The notes under the pieces are model-generated. The model made no database searches, was not told where the DNA came from, and worked only from the letters and a program-made list of their open reading frames with translations. This document shows positions 36,791-46,100 of a stretch of 64,000 nucleotides of DNA, piece by piece (the first letter of the stretch is position 1; every line of letters begins with the position of its first letter). This DNA comes from Candidatus Multiplicimicrobium inquinatum (GTDB lineage Bacteria; Omnitrophota; Omnitrophia; Omnitrophales; Aquincolibacteriaceae): assembly GCA_002344825.1 (NCBI GenBank), contig DDUN01000006.1, positions 9,816 to 73,815 of the forward strand, given 5' to 3'. Made by a program: the position numbers and the translations under genes.

Positions 36791-37903
36791 ATGATGTCGA
36801 CAGAGCCTGCTTTCAAAAAAAATATTGAAGCCATTCATCCCTATGAGCCTGGGAAACCGATCAAGGAAGTTCAGCGTGAATTGGGTTTGAAGCAAATCGT
36901 TAAATTGGCGTCAAACGAAAACCCTTTGGGCGTTTCTCCACTTGCTTTGAAAGAAATGCAGCGCGTCCTGAAAGAGTGCTTTCTTTACCCCGAAGGCGGA
37001 TGCCACGAGGTTTTGCATGCGCTTTCCCGCGAACTCAAACTTCCACCCGAGCAAATTATTTTCGGTAACGGCTCCAATGAAATTATTGAGCTGGTTGGAC
37101 GCGGATTTCTTTCCGAAGGCGATGAAGTTGTTTCGTCGGAGAGTTCTTTTCTTGTTTATCCTATTTTAACGCAGGCTTCCGGCGGGAAGTATGTCAGTGT
37201 GCCGATGACCTCTGATTACCGTTATGATTTGAAAGCGCTTGCTGAAGCGGTAACACCTAAAACTAAAATTATTTTCATTGCGAATCCGAATAATCCGACG
37301 GGAACTTATGTCCGCCGCCGTGAAGTCGAGCGGTTTTTGAAGCGTGTGCCTAAGCGTGTTGTGGTCTGCTTTGACGAAGCTTATTTTGATTTTGTGGACG
37401 CCAAAGACTTTCCGGATATTCTCGAATTAATTCGCGGCGGCTCGCCGAATGTTTTATTGTTTCGGACTTTCTCCAAGGCGTATGGGCTTGCAGGTGTACG
37501 CATTGGTTATGCTTGTGCCTCAGCCAAAGTAATTGGCTATCTGCATAAAATTCGCCAGCCTTTTAATGTGAATATGGTGGCGCAAGCGGCGGCGAAAGGC
37601 GCAATCCAAGATAAAGCCTTCAGAAAGAAAACGCGCGAGATCACTTTTCAGGGGCGAAAGTTTTTAGCCGAGACTTTCGATAAATTGGGGCTTGAACATT
37701 TGCCGAGCCAAGCCAATTTTATTTTGGTGAAGGTGAATCAAAACGGACGCGAGCTTTGCAAATCTTTCCTTAAAAAAGGAATTATCGTGCGCGCGATGGA
37801 TGCTTATGGTTTTGATGACTGGATTCGCGTGACGATCGGCCTTCCGAAACAGAACCGCTTATTCATTAAGCGCTTGGTCAAATTTTTAGGGCTGAAGCGT
37901 TGA
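36791..37903 (+). CDS. hisC: histidinol-phosphate / aromatic aminotransferase (class II)
   Basis: Shows LASNENPLG and a PLP-lysine region (FSKAYGLAGVRIGY). Confidence 0.8.
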   Translation: MMSTEPAFKKNIEAIHPYEPGKPIKEVQRELGLKQIVKLASNENPLGVSPLALKEMQRVLKECFLYPEGGCHEVLHALSRELKLPPEQIIFGNGSNEIIELVGRGFLSEGDEVVSSESSFLVYPILTQASGGKYVSVPMTSDYRYDLKALAEAVTPKTKIIFIANPNNPTGTYVRRREVERFLKRVPKRVVVCFDEAYFDFVDAKDFPDILELIRGGSPNVLLFRTFSKAYGLAGVRIGYACASAKVIGYLHKIRQPFNVNMVAQAAAKGAIQDKAFRKKTREITFQGRKFLAETFDKLGLEHLPSQANFILVKVNQNGRELCKSFLKKGIIVRAMDAYGFDDWIRVTIGLPKQNRLFIKRLVKFLGLKR

Positions 37904-38781
37904 AGTCGCCCGCGTTTAAAAAAATCGTTATCATTGGACTTGGTTTGATGGGCGGCTCGCTTGCCGCCGCCGCACGAAAAAAATTTCCTAATTCTCAAAT
38001 TGTCGGGGTCTCAAGAAGTCGCAATGCTCTAAATCTTGCTTTTAAAAGAAAATGGATCACTGAAGGACATTACGATCAAAATTTAGAAATGGCATTGGCG
38101 GGGGCTGATTTTGTTGTGATTTGTACGCCTGTAGATTTGATTTTTCACTATTTAGGCATAATTGATAAATCTGTTCAAAATCCTGTTGTTGTTACGGATG
38201 TGGGCAGCGCTCAAAACTCAACGGCGGAGTTGGTGAAAAGGAAAAAATGGAAGTATGTGCGTTACGTCGGTGCCCATCCCATGGTTGGATCGGATGCGCG
38301 GGGTATTCATGCAGCTAAACCCTCGTTATATGAGAATGGCGTAGTTATCATAACTGGTGAAAGTAAAAAGCCTGGGTTTCGGCCGGTTGCACAATTTTGG
38401 AAAGAAATTGCTAGAGAGGTTAGTCATTTTGATCCAAAAATCCATGATAATCTTATTGCGCAAATTAGCCACTTGCCGCATTTGCTTTCTACTTGCCTAA
38501 TGCTTACAGCTTCTAAAGCCTCTTTGAAGGTTGCCGCCACGGGTTTTAAGGATATGACGAGATTGGCAAATGGGGCCGAATCAATATGGGCCCCAATCTT
38601 CACGAGTAATAAGACGTATTTGATTAAAGCCCTTTCTAAATATAAAAAGGAGTTAGCTAAATTAGAACATTTAGTTAAGTCTAATGATACCAATGGCTTG
38701 CGTAAGGTATTGCGAAATGCTGCGGAATTACGCAACAAGTGGGAACGTTCAAAGAAGAATATTGCTTGCCTGCCAGACTGA
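37900..38781 (+). CDS. tyrA: prephenate/arogenate dehydrogenase
   Basis: Has a Rossmann motif (IVIIGLGLMGGSLA) and a PDH catalytic region. A TTG start overlaps the hisC stop. Confidence 0.75.
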   Translation: MKSPAFKKIVIIGLGLMGGSLAAAARKKFPNSQIVGVSRSRNALNLAFKRKWITEGHYDQNLEMALAGADFVVICTPVDLIFHYLGIIDKSVQNPVVVTDVGSAQNSTAELVKRKKWKYVRYVGAHPMVGSDARGIHAAKPSLYENGVVIITGESKKPGFRPVAQFWKEIAREVSHFDPKIHDNLIAQISHLPHLLSTCLMLTASKASLKVAATGFKDMTRLANGAESIWAPIFTSNKTYLIKALSKYKKELAKLEHLVKSNDTNGLRKVLRNAAELRNKWERSKKNIACLPD

Positions 38782-38973
38782 TTCGCCTATAATTCTCCCT
38801 CACGCGAAGGGTATTTTGCCCTGAGCGAATTCAATCATAGAATCCGGATGGTCCGGGTTCCAAGAGTTAAACTGTTTTCCGATGCGGCAATCGCAAAGGG
38901 GAAAATCCGACTGACCGTTTCACGGCCACAGGAAAAATAAGACAGGGCTCTTAAACAGGAGAAATCAATCAGC

Positions 38974-40518
38974 ATGTCAACATTCGCAGAACTTTTCGAA
39001 GCATCCACAAGCAGTCTTGCAGAAGGCTCTTTAGTTAAAGGCACGATCGTTGCCGTAAAAAACAACCAGGTGATGGTTGATATCGGATTTAAAGCCGAAG
39101 GTCTTTTAGATATTAATGAATTTTCTTCCCCTGAAGAAGCCGTGATCGGCTCTGAAGTTGAAGTTCTGTTTGAATCGTTTGACGATAAAAACGGTTTGTC
39201 TGTTGTTTCCAAGCGTAAAGCCGATCGTCAGCGTACTTGGAATGAAATTCTTTCCACAGCTCAAGAAGGTACGATTGTTGACGGTCGTATTTCCCGTAAA
39301 GTACGCGGCGGTCTTATGGTTGACGTGGGCATGGATGCTTTCTTGCCTGCTTCGCTGCTTGACGTTCGCCCGGTACGCAACGTTGACGCGTTGCTCGGTC
39401 TCCGCAGTAAATTTGTGATCGTAAAAATCAATCACAAGCGCAAAAACATCGTTGTTTCCCGCAAAGATTTTCTCGAAAAAGAACGCAGCGTTCTCCGCAC
39501 CGACCGCTTGAGCAAGCTCGCCGTGAATGACGTTGTACAAGGAAAAGCTAAGAACATCACTGATTTCGGTGTGTTCGTTGACTTGGGCGATCTTGACGGA
39601 TTGCTGCATATCACCGATATGTGCTGGGGCCGCATTTCTCATCCTTCTGAAATGGTTAAGGTTGGGGATGAAATCGAAGTGGTTGTGATCGGCATTGATC
39701 GCGAAAAGAACAAAGTTTCTCTCGGTCTTAAGCAGAAATCCAAGGATCCTTGGGTTGCTGTTGACGATAAGTATTCCATCGGAAACCAGGTTCGCGGCCG
39801 TGTTGTGAACATTCTTCCTTACGGTGCTTTCGTTGAACTTGAGCCCGGCATTGAAGGTTTGGTTCACATCAGCGAACTCAGCTGGACGAAGCGCGTTGCG
39901 CATCCGAGCGAAATTCTCAAAGTCAGCGATGTGCTTGACGTTGTGATTCTGAGCCTCGACAAAGACAATCGTAAGATTTCTTTGGGTGCGAAGCAGACTC
40001 AGGAAAATCCGTGGAAAAAAGCCCAGGATAAATACAATGTCGGCGACCGCGTGAAGGGGAAGGTTCGTAATCTCGTGGATTACGGTGCTTTCATTGAACT
40101 TCAAGACGGTATCGACGGATTGCTGCATGTCTCCGATATGTCATGGACACAGAAAATTCAGAAAGCCGCTGACTTTGTTAAAAAAGGCGACGAGCTTGAA
40201 TTGATGGTTCTTTCGGTGGATGTTGAAGCTCAGAAAATTTCTTTGGGCCTCAAGCAAATGAGCATCGATCCTTGGAATGATTTGACGAAGGATTTACTCG
40301 CCGGTAATCAGGTGACAGGCAAAGTTTCGCGTATCGTGAACTTCGGCTTATTTGTCGAAATCGATGGCGGACTGGAGGGTCTTGTTCATATCTCCGAAAT
40401 TCCGGATGCGAAGACACAAGCCGATGTTGAATCTCGTTTTAAGCCCGGTCAGTCCGTGAATTGCACGGTATTGAATGTGGATCAAGCGGGACGCAAAATC
40501 AGCCTCGCGCTGAAGTAA
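38974..40518 (+). CDS. rpsA: 30S ribosomal protein S1
   Basis: Contains repeated S1 domains (GTIVAVK..., VQGKAKNITDFGVFVDLG..., VRGRVVNILPYGAFVEL..., VKGKVRNLVDYGAFIEL...). Confidence 0.9.
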   Translation: MSTFAELFEASTSSLAEGSLVKGTIVAVKNNQVMVDIGFKAEGLLDINEFSSPEEAVIGSEVEVLFESFDDKNGLSVVSKRKADRQRTWNEILSTAQEGTIVDGRISRKVRGGLMVDVGMDAFLPASLLDVRPVRNVDALLGLRSKFVIVKINHKRKNIVVSRKDFLEKERSVLRTDRLSKLAVNDVVQGKAKNITDFGVFVDLGDLDGLLHITDMCWGRISHPSEMVKVGDEIEVVVIGIDREKNKVSLGLKQKSKDPWVAVDDKYSIGNQVRGRVVNILPYGAFVELEPGIEGLVHISELSWTKRVAHPSEILKVSDVLDVVILSLDKDNRKISLGAKQTQENPWKKAQDKYNVGDRVKGKVRNLVDYGAFIELQDGIDGLLHVSDMSWTQKIQKAADFVKKGDELELMVLSVDVEAQKISLGLKQMSIDPWNDLTKDLLAGNQVTGKVSRIVNFGLFVEIDGGLEGLVHISEIPDAKTQADVESRFKPGQSVNCTVLNVDQAGRKISLALK

Positions 40519-40542
40519 CTTTTGCTCTGAGCTGTTTTGTGA

Positions 40543-40566
40543 GCCTCTGCGCAAGGCGCAACTGGC
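40543..40566 (+). repeat. short hairpin motif, family 1 copy (GCCTCTGCGC-aag-GCGCAACTGGC) 24 nt after the rpsA stop
   Basis: Near-identical to the copies at 9452 and 23616. Confidence 0.7.
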
Positions 40567-40594
40567 AAACAGCCCAACCGCGAATGATTACACT

Positions 40595-41842
40595 ATGAAC
40601 TCTTCGAGCGGACGCCGAGTCGTCGTAACAGGACTCGGCGTCCTTTCTTCTATCGGGACAGGGAAAGAAGCCTTTTGGGACGGATTAGTTAACGCTCATA
40701 ACGGTATTTCTCTCATCTCTGCGTTTGATCCTGCTGACTTTACGACTCGTTTTGCCGGTGAAATTAAAACTTTTGATCCTTCTGCCTATATTCATGTGAA
40801 GCAAATGAAACGCATGGATCGAACCTCGCAGTTTGCCGTGGCGGCATCTAAAATGGCGGTTCAGGACTCCGGCATTGATTTTCAAAAGCTCGGGCCCGAA
40901 CGTGTGGGCGTTGTGATCGGCACCGCAATGGCGGGGCACGGCTACATTCTCGATCAGCACACGACTTTGATGAACAAGGGGCCGATGCGCATCAATCCGT
41001 TTACCGCATTAGCGGGCTTTCCCGACGCTTGCGCGGGTAACGTTTCGATTGAGCTTGGCTTAACTGGGCCCAGCTTTTCAATTTCAACTGCATGTTCCTC
41101 CGCATCGGATGCAATGGGCTATGCCTTCGAATCGATTCGCTCCGGAAAACTTGATGCGCTTTTAATGGGCGGGGCTGAAGCTTCAATTTTTCCCGGCATT
41201 CTCGCGGCATTTTGTGTCGCGCGCGCGATGTCTACCCGCAATGAATCGCCGGAAACTGCTTCGCGTCCTTTCAGCATGGATCGTGACGGATTTGTACTCG
41301 GTGAAGGTGCCGGAATGTTTGTGCTTGAAGAGTATGAGCACGCGAAAGCCCGCGGCGCGCATATTTATGCCGAAGTTTTAGGCGCAGGCATGACTTGTGA
41401 TGCTTACCATATGACCGCGCCCGACCCGGAAGGAAAGCAGGCTGCGCGTGCGATGCGCATGGCCCTGGACACGGCCCGCACTGAGCTGGATGAAATTGAC
41501 TACATTAACGCGCATGGTACTTCTACTCCGCTGAATGACAAAACCGAAACTTTGATTATCAAAAAAGTTTTCGGTGAGCAGGCTTATAAAATTCCGGTCA
41601 GCTCCACGAAGTCGATGATTGGTCATTTGATCGGCGCGGCCGGCGCGGTAGAGACAATCGCGGCTATCTTGGCGATGGATAAACAGGTTATTCCGCCGAC
41701 ACGCAACTACTCTTCAGTTGATCCTGATTGCGATCTTGATTATGTTCCGCACACTGCGAGACCTGCAAAAATCCGCAAGGTGCTTAAGAACTCATTCGGG
41801 TTTGGCGGGAAGAACTCGATCCTTGTTCTCGGCAAAGTTTGA
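40595..41842 (+). CDS. fabF: 3-oxoacyl-ACP synthase II
   Basis: Has a KAS active-site Cys (ISTACSS) and the His-His motifs (NAHGTST, IGHLIGAAG). Confidence 0.9.
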   Translation: MNSSSGRRVVVTGLGVLSSIGTGKEAFWDGLVNAHNGISLISAFDPADFTTRFAGEIKTFDPSAYIHVKQMKRMDRTSQFAVAASKMAVQDSGIDFQKLGPERVGVVIGTAMAGHGYILDQHTTLMNKGPMRINPFTALAGFPDACAGNVSIELGLTGPSFSISTACSSASDAMGYAFESIRSGKLDALLMGGAEASIFPGILAAFCVARAMSTRNESPETASRPFSMDRDGFVLGEGAGMFVLEEYEHAKARGAHIYAEVLGAGMTCDAYHMTAPDPEGKQAARAMRMALDTARTELDEIDYINAHGTSTPLNDKTETLIIKKVFGEQAYKIPVSSTKSMIGHLIGAAGAVETIAAILAMDKQVIPPTRNYSSVDPDCDLDYVPHTARPAKIRKVLKNSFGFGGKNSILVLGKV

Positions 41843-41857
41843 AAATCTGCTGAAAAA

Positions 41858-41968
41858 GCCTCATCTGCTTCGTTCTGCGCCGCCGCGATTTCCTTGGCAA
41901 ATCGCCAAACAATTTACTGCTTGTGCGGCGTATTGTTTCATACGCCTCCGCGGTCGTTTGCGCGCGTC
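41858..41968 (+). repeat. intergenic repeat, family 2 copy (with a ~30 nt insertion), just after the fabF stop
   Basis: Carries tcatctgcttcgttctgcgc...cttgtgcggcgtattg-tttca-tacgcctccgcggtcgtttgcgcgc. Confidence 0.6.
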
Positions 41969-42040
41969 TCGCATATAAGACTTTTTGAGCAGATTTTTCC
42001 CAGAAAAGTTTGTGTCGGAAGGATAGCGCGCGGGAAATTT

Positions 42041-42877
42041 TTAGAGGATTTCGGCTTCTTCGTCTTCGTTGATGGGAGAGCTTAATTGGCAGACTCTCTC
42101 TTGTCCGCGAATGATGCCGCGCTTTGAGTTTTCGATAAATTCTACGAAATGTTTTACTTCAGGCCCTGAGCATTCCTTCTTGATCATTTCCACGGCATTA
42201 GAAACGCTTAGCCCTGAGCGATAAAGAAGTTTATAAGCTTTTTTGATTTCGGCGCGGGTTTCAGGTTTAAATCCTGCGCGGCGCATGCCCACGACATTGA
42301 GTCCTTGCGCGACTCCGGGTCTTCCGCCACACATGACATAAGGCGGAATATCCTTGTTGAAAGCAGAGAGCGCGGAAACCATCGCCAAAGTCCCGATGTG
42401 TGAAAACTGATGAAATCCAACCATGCCCGAAATGAAAGCGCGGTCTTCGACTACGCAATGGCCCGTCAGCGAAGATTGATTCACCATGATTATGTTGCTG
42501 CCTACGATGCAGTTATGTGCGATATGGCAATAGGCCATGAAGTAGTTTTCATTGCCGATTACGGTTGCGGTGCCGGGTTCGGTGCCGCGGTGAATCGATG
42601 TGAATTCGCGGAAAGTATTTTTATTACCGATGCGCGTGAAGGTCGGCTTATTTTTAAATTTTAAATCCTGCGGCTCATGGCCGATGACGGCATGCATATG
42701 AAAAGTGTTCAGATCTCCGATCTCTGTACCGTGGCAAATCGTAACGCCATGGAAGATTTTATTGCCTGATCCAATTTTGACACCGCTGGCAATCACGGCA
42801 TTAGGACCAATCTCGTTATTGTCGCCGAGAACAACATTTTTTCCGATGCTTGCTGTGGGATGAATCTGATTTGGCAT
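42041..42877 (-). CDS. lpxA: acyl-ACP--UDP-N-acetylglucosamine O-acyltransferase
   Basis: Shows left-handed beta-helix hexapeptide repeats and the LpxA N-terminus (IHPTASIG..V.GDNNEIGPNAVI) plus a C-terminal helical domain. Confidence 0.85.
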   Translation of the reverse strand: MPNQIHPTASIGKNVVLGDNNEIGPNAVIASGVKIGSGNKIFHGVTICHGTEIGDLNTFHMHAVIGHEPQDLKFKNKPTFTRIGNKNTFREFTSIHRGTEPGTATVIGNENYFMAYCHIAHNCIVGSNIIMVNQSSLTGHCVVEDRAFISGMVGFHQFSHIGTLAMVSALSAFNKDIPPYVMCGGRPGVAQGLNVVGMRRAGFKPETRAEIKKAYKLLYRSGLSVSNAVEMIKKECSGPEVKHFVEFIENSKRGIIRGQERVCQLSSPINEDEEAEIL

Positions 42878-43180
42878 GGCGCAAATTATAGAGGGGAAGT
42901 TGTTTGCCGAGAAGCAGATTATGGTTTTTTGCCATTAAAAGGGGGTTAAATGAGCTCTTTCATAGAGGTATTAATCTAAAAGCTTTTATCATTTATTAAC
43001 TTATTCGATCAAAACCGATTTTAAGAGCACATAACTTGTTTTAAACAAAAGGGTTAAGTGTGAATAAATCGCTTTTCTCGTCTTGCAGGATGAAAATCCG
43101 TCTGTTACACTTCCGACATCTATTAAAAATGATTCACTTTCTACGGGAATTTTCTTTTCTTTTTTAAACAGGGGAAACAG

Positions 43181-46100
43181 ATGAAGACAAAAATAAGCAG
43201 ACTGCACAAGATCGCCGCAACCGCAACCGCACTGTGCGTTGCATTTACTCAGATTGCCGTTGCCGCGCCTGCTTTTTCGGTTTCCGCGCGTGAAGTGTCA
43301 TTGCCGGATACTTTACGTCTTGATCAAGCGATGCAGATCAGCGTTCCAAGCGCTGTCGCAACGGTTGATAAACTCATTCCGGGGAACGGGAAAACGATTT
43401 TTCATATTCAAACCGCGCATGGTCAGTATCAGGCCGAAAAACAGATTGAATTTTTACTTGCTCATTTGGAAAAAAACTACGGTGTTGAAACCCTTTTGAT
43501 GGAAGGTGCCTCTGAGGCGCTGAATCCTGAAATTATCAATTTTTTCCCTGAAGATCGTAAATCAACACTCGAAGTAGTTGATGCCTTTGTTCGTCATTCT
43601 GTTATTAGCGGTCCCGAGGTTTTTCTTTTAAACTCAGGTAAAACCCAAGGGCTTGGAATTGAAGATGAAGCTGTTTATGAGCAAAATTTGCAGGACTTTG
43701 TTTCTGTTGTTAACGCTCGTGATGCCGGCGGTCAATTTTTATCCAATTTAGAAATAGGAATTGAGCGTCTTGCGGCACTTTATCTTTCCAGTGATGCGCG
43801 TTCATTTCTTAAGCAAGTCGAAAGAAAAGAAACAGGGGATGTTCCGTTTGATATTTATTTGCAGCAGCTGAGATTAGCGGCTGAGAAATACGCCGGTATT
43901 AATCTGGCGGACGCGTCATGGCAGCTTTTGTGGCCGATGTTGACTCGTATTTTTACGATTGAAAAGCTGGAAAAGAAAATCGATGCGGCTGCTTTTAAAA
44001 AGCAAAAAGAAGATTTTTTAAAGGCGGTTAAGCCTTATACCTCAAAGGCGTTTGATGCCCATGACTCTCTTTACACGGAAGTCGAAAAACTTCTTAACCT
44101 CAAAGATCTAAGCGCAAGATTGCCTGACCCTGAAACGTCGGCTCTGTTTGAAGCCCTCGTGCGCGCTTTGCCGGATAATTTTAATTATGGCCGCTTTTCT
44201 TCCGTTACCGCGTTTTGCGGATTGCTGATGCTGAAAAGCCAGCTTCAAATTGAAACTTTGAGTGATGAAATTACCCGCATGGAAGATAAAATCGCGGACA
44301 GGCTAGCTGAAACTAAAAACGCAAAAGCCTTAGTCTCTGTTTTGAAAGATTATCGTTTACTGAAGAAGCTTTTTGCCCTCGAGCTTTTGCCCGCTGATTT
44401 TGACAAGCTGACGGGGTTTGTTTCAGGCGAAACTCGCGGACTGACCCCTATGGCTTCAAATGATGTTCGTCCTTCCGCGCTTGTGAAGCAGGTTCAACAG
44501 CTTAATGGTAATTCCCGCGCCAAAGAAGTTGAGTTTAAAAATGTTGCCGAGCTCGACGCCCTCTATACACTGGCGGTTCGTTTTTACGAAGGCGCACGTT
44601 TGCGTGACACGAAAATGCTTGAACGTATTGAAGAGCATCTCGATGCAACCGGGGCGGACAAGGTTGCGGTTGTGACCGGCGGATTTCACTCCGGACCCTT
44701 TGCGGAATATTTTGAAAAGCGCGGATATAACTACGCTTTGATGACGCCTAAGCTAACTACGATCGACACACAGGGTCGCCAAAATTATTTGGATGTCATG
44801 CAGATGTGGGTGGACGCACCCAAGAATGCGGCTAGTTTTAATGCGGGAAGCATTTCAGGTTCAACCATTCAGCCCAAGCCTGCAACCCCCGGCATTTTGA
44901 TGCGTCTTGCGTCAAGAGTATTGAATTCGTTTTTGTTTGGTCGTTTTCGAGATGTGTATGTCCCTCGTTTTGCAAAAGCAGCCATGATTCCCGGCGTAGC
45001 CTTGATGTCTCCCGACGCCGTTGCGCAAACTCCCGCAACTCCTCCTGCGCCTGCACCGCTAGTCGTTCCCGCGAAAATCCCAGTAGAAGCGGTTCCTGCA
45101 GGTAGCCAGACAGTTGCACGGAATATTACAACCGCCTTAAGTGCGCGTACCCCGGATTTTATTGCTGAGACTGATACGCTGACGCCCTTGCAACGAAGAG
45201 ACATCGAAAAACGGAAAGTAATTGTTTCTGACAAGATGAAAGCACTTGAAAATATTGAATTAGTTAATTGGGGAGCTCGTTTATTTGTTTCCGTTGCTGA
45301 TGTGGCTTTTAGGGATTCCGAGGATGTTGCTGTTCGAAAGAGGGCATTGGAGGTGCTGGTGGGGTTTTATCGTAAGTATGAAATGCCTGACCGAGGTGTT
45401 ACAGATCAGATTGCTCCAAGAGTGATGTCAGAGCTTAAGTTTCGCAATCAGGCTGATGTTGCCACTTTGAAAGAACCGAGAATTGCTCTTATTGATGCGA
45501 TTGTTGCGGTTACTCAGGACGCAGGGGTTCGTCAGCGTGGGCAAAGAATTTTAGATGAAGGTGCTGCTGAAAAGAAAAAAATCGCAGCTGAAGCCGCTGT
45601 GTTGCGTGCGCAACAAATTGATGCTCAGCTTGCGGTTATTGAGGATAGGCAAAAGCGTGGATATCAGAATTTATATGGTTTAATGGTTGAAGCAACTAAA
45701 GCATTAGACTTTCTAATTTCGGAAGGAATTTCAGATGCTGAAAAACAAAAGATTACACAATCTATTGCCGTGGGATTGAGTTCTCCTCAAAATTTTCCAC
45801 TTAAGCCGAGGGACTCTGATGGGGCTATGACTTCGCACAGAGGTACTTTGAGTTTAATGGCATGGACATTAGCAAAATTGCCTTCGCCAGAGGCCCTAGT
45901 CATTTTAGAGAAGTTAAAGGGAAAAACGGAAAATTTACAGCTTCAAGCAGATATCGAGCAAGTGATTCAAACTGTTAAGCGTGAACTTGCTCGCTCCGAA
46001 GCCCGTTCGACAAGCTCTGGGCAAGCGCGGCTTCAGATTGGAAAAGATTTTATTTTGAGTCAAGATACAAACGATGGCTGGACTGCGTCTCGCTATGATG

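Noticed and set aside
39106-40128. 340-aa minus-strand ORF
   Set aside because: It is antisense to rpsA, whose S1-domain repeats are unmistakable on the + strand. It has no RBS or sensible motifs, which is typical of an antisense ORF in a GC-balanced gene.
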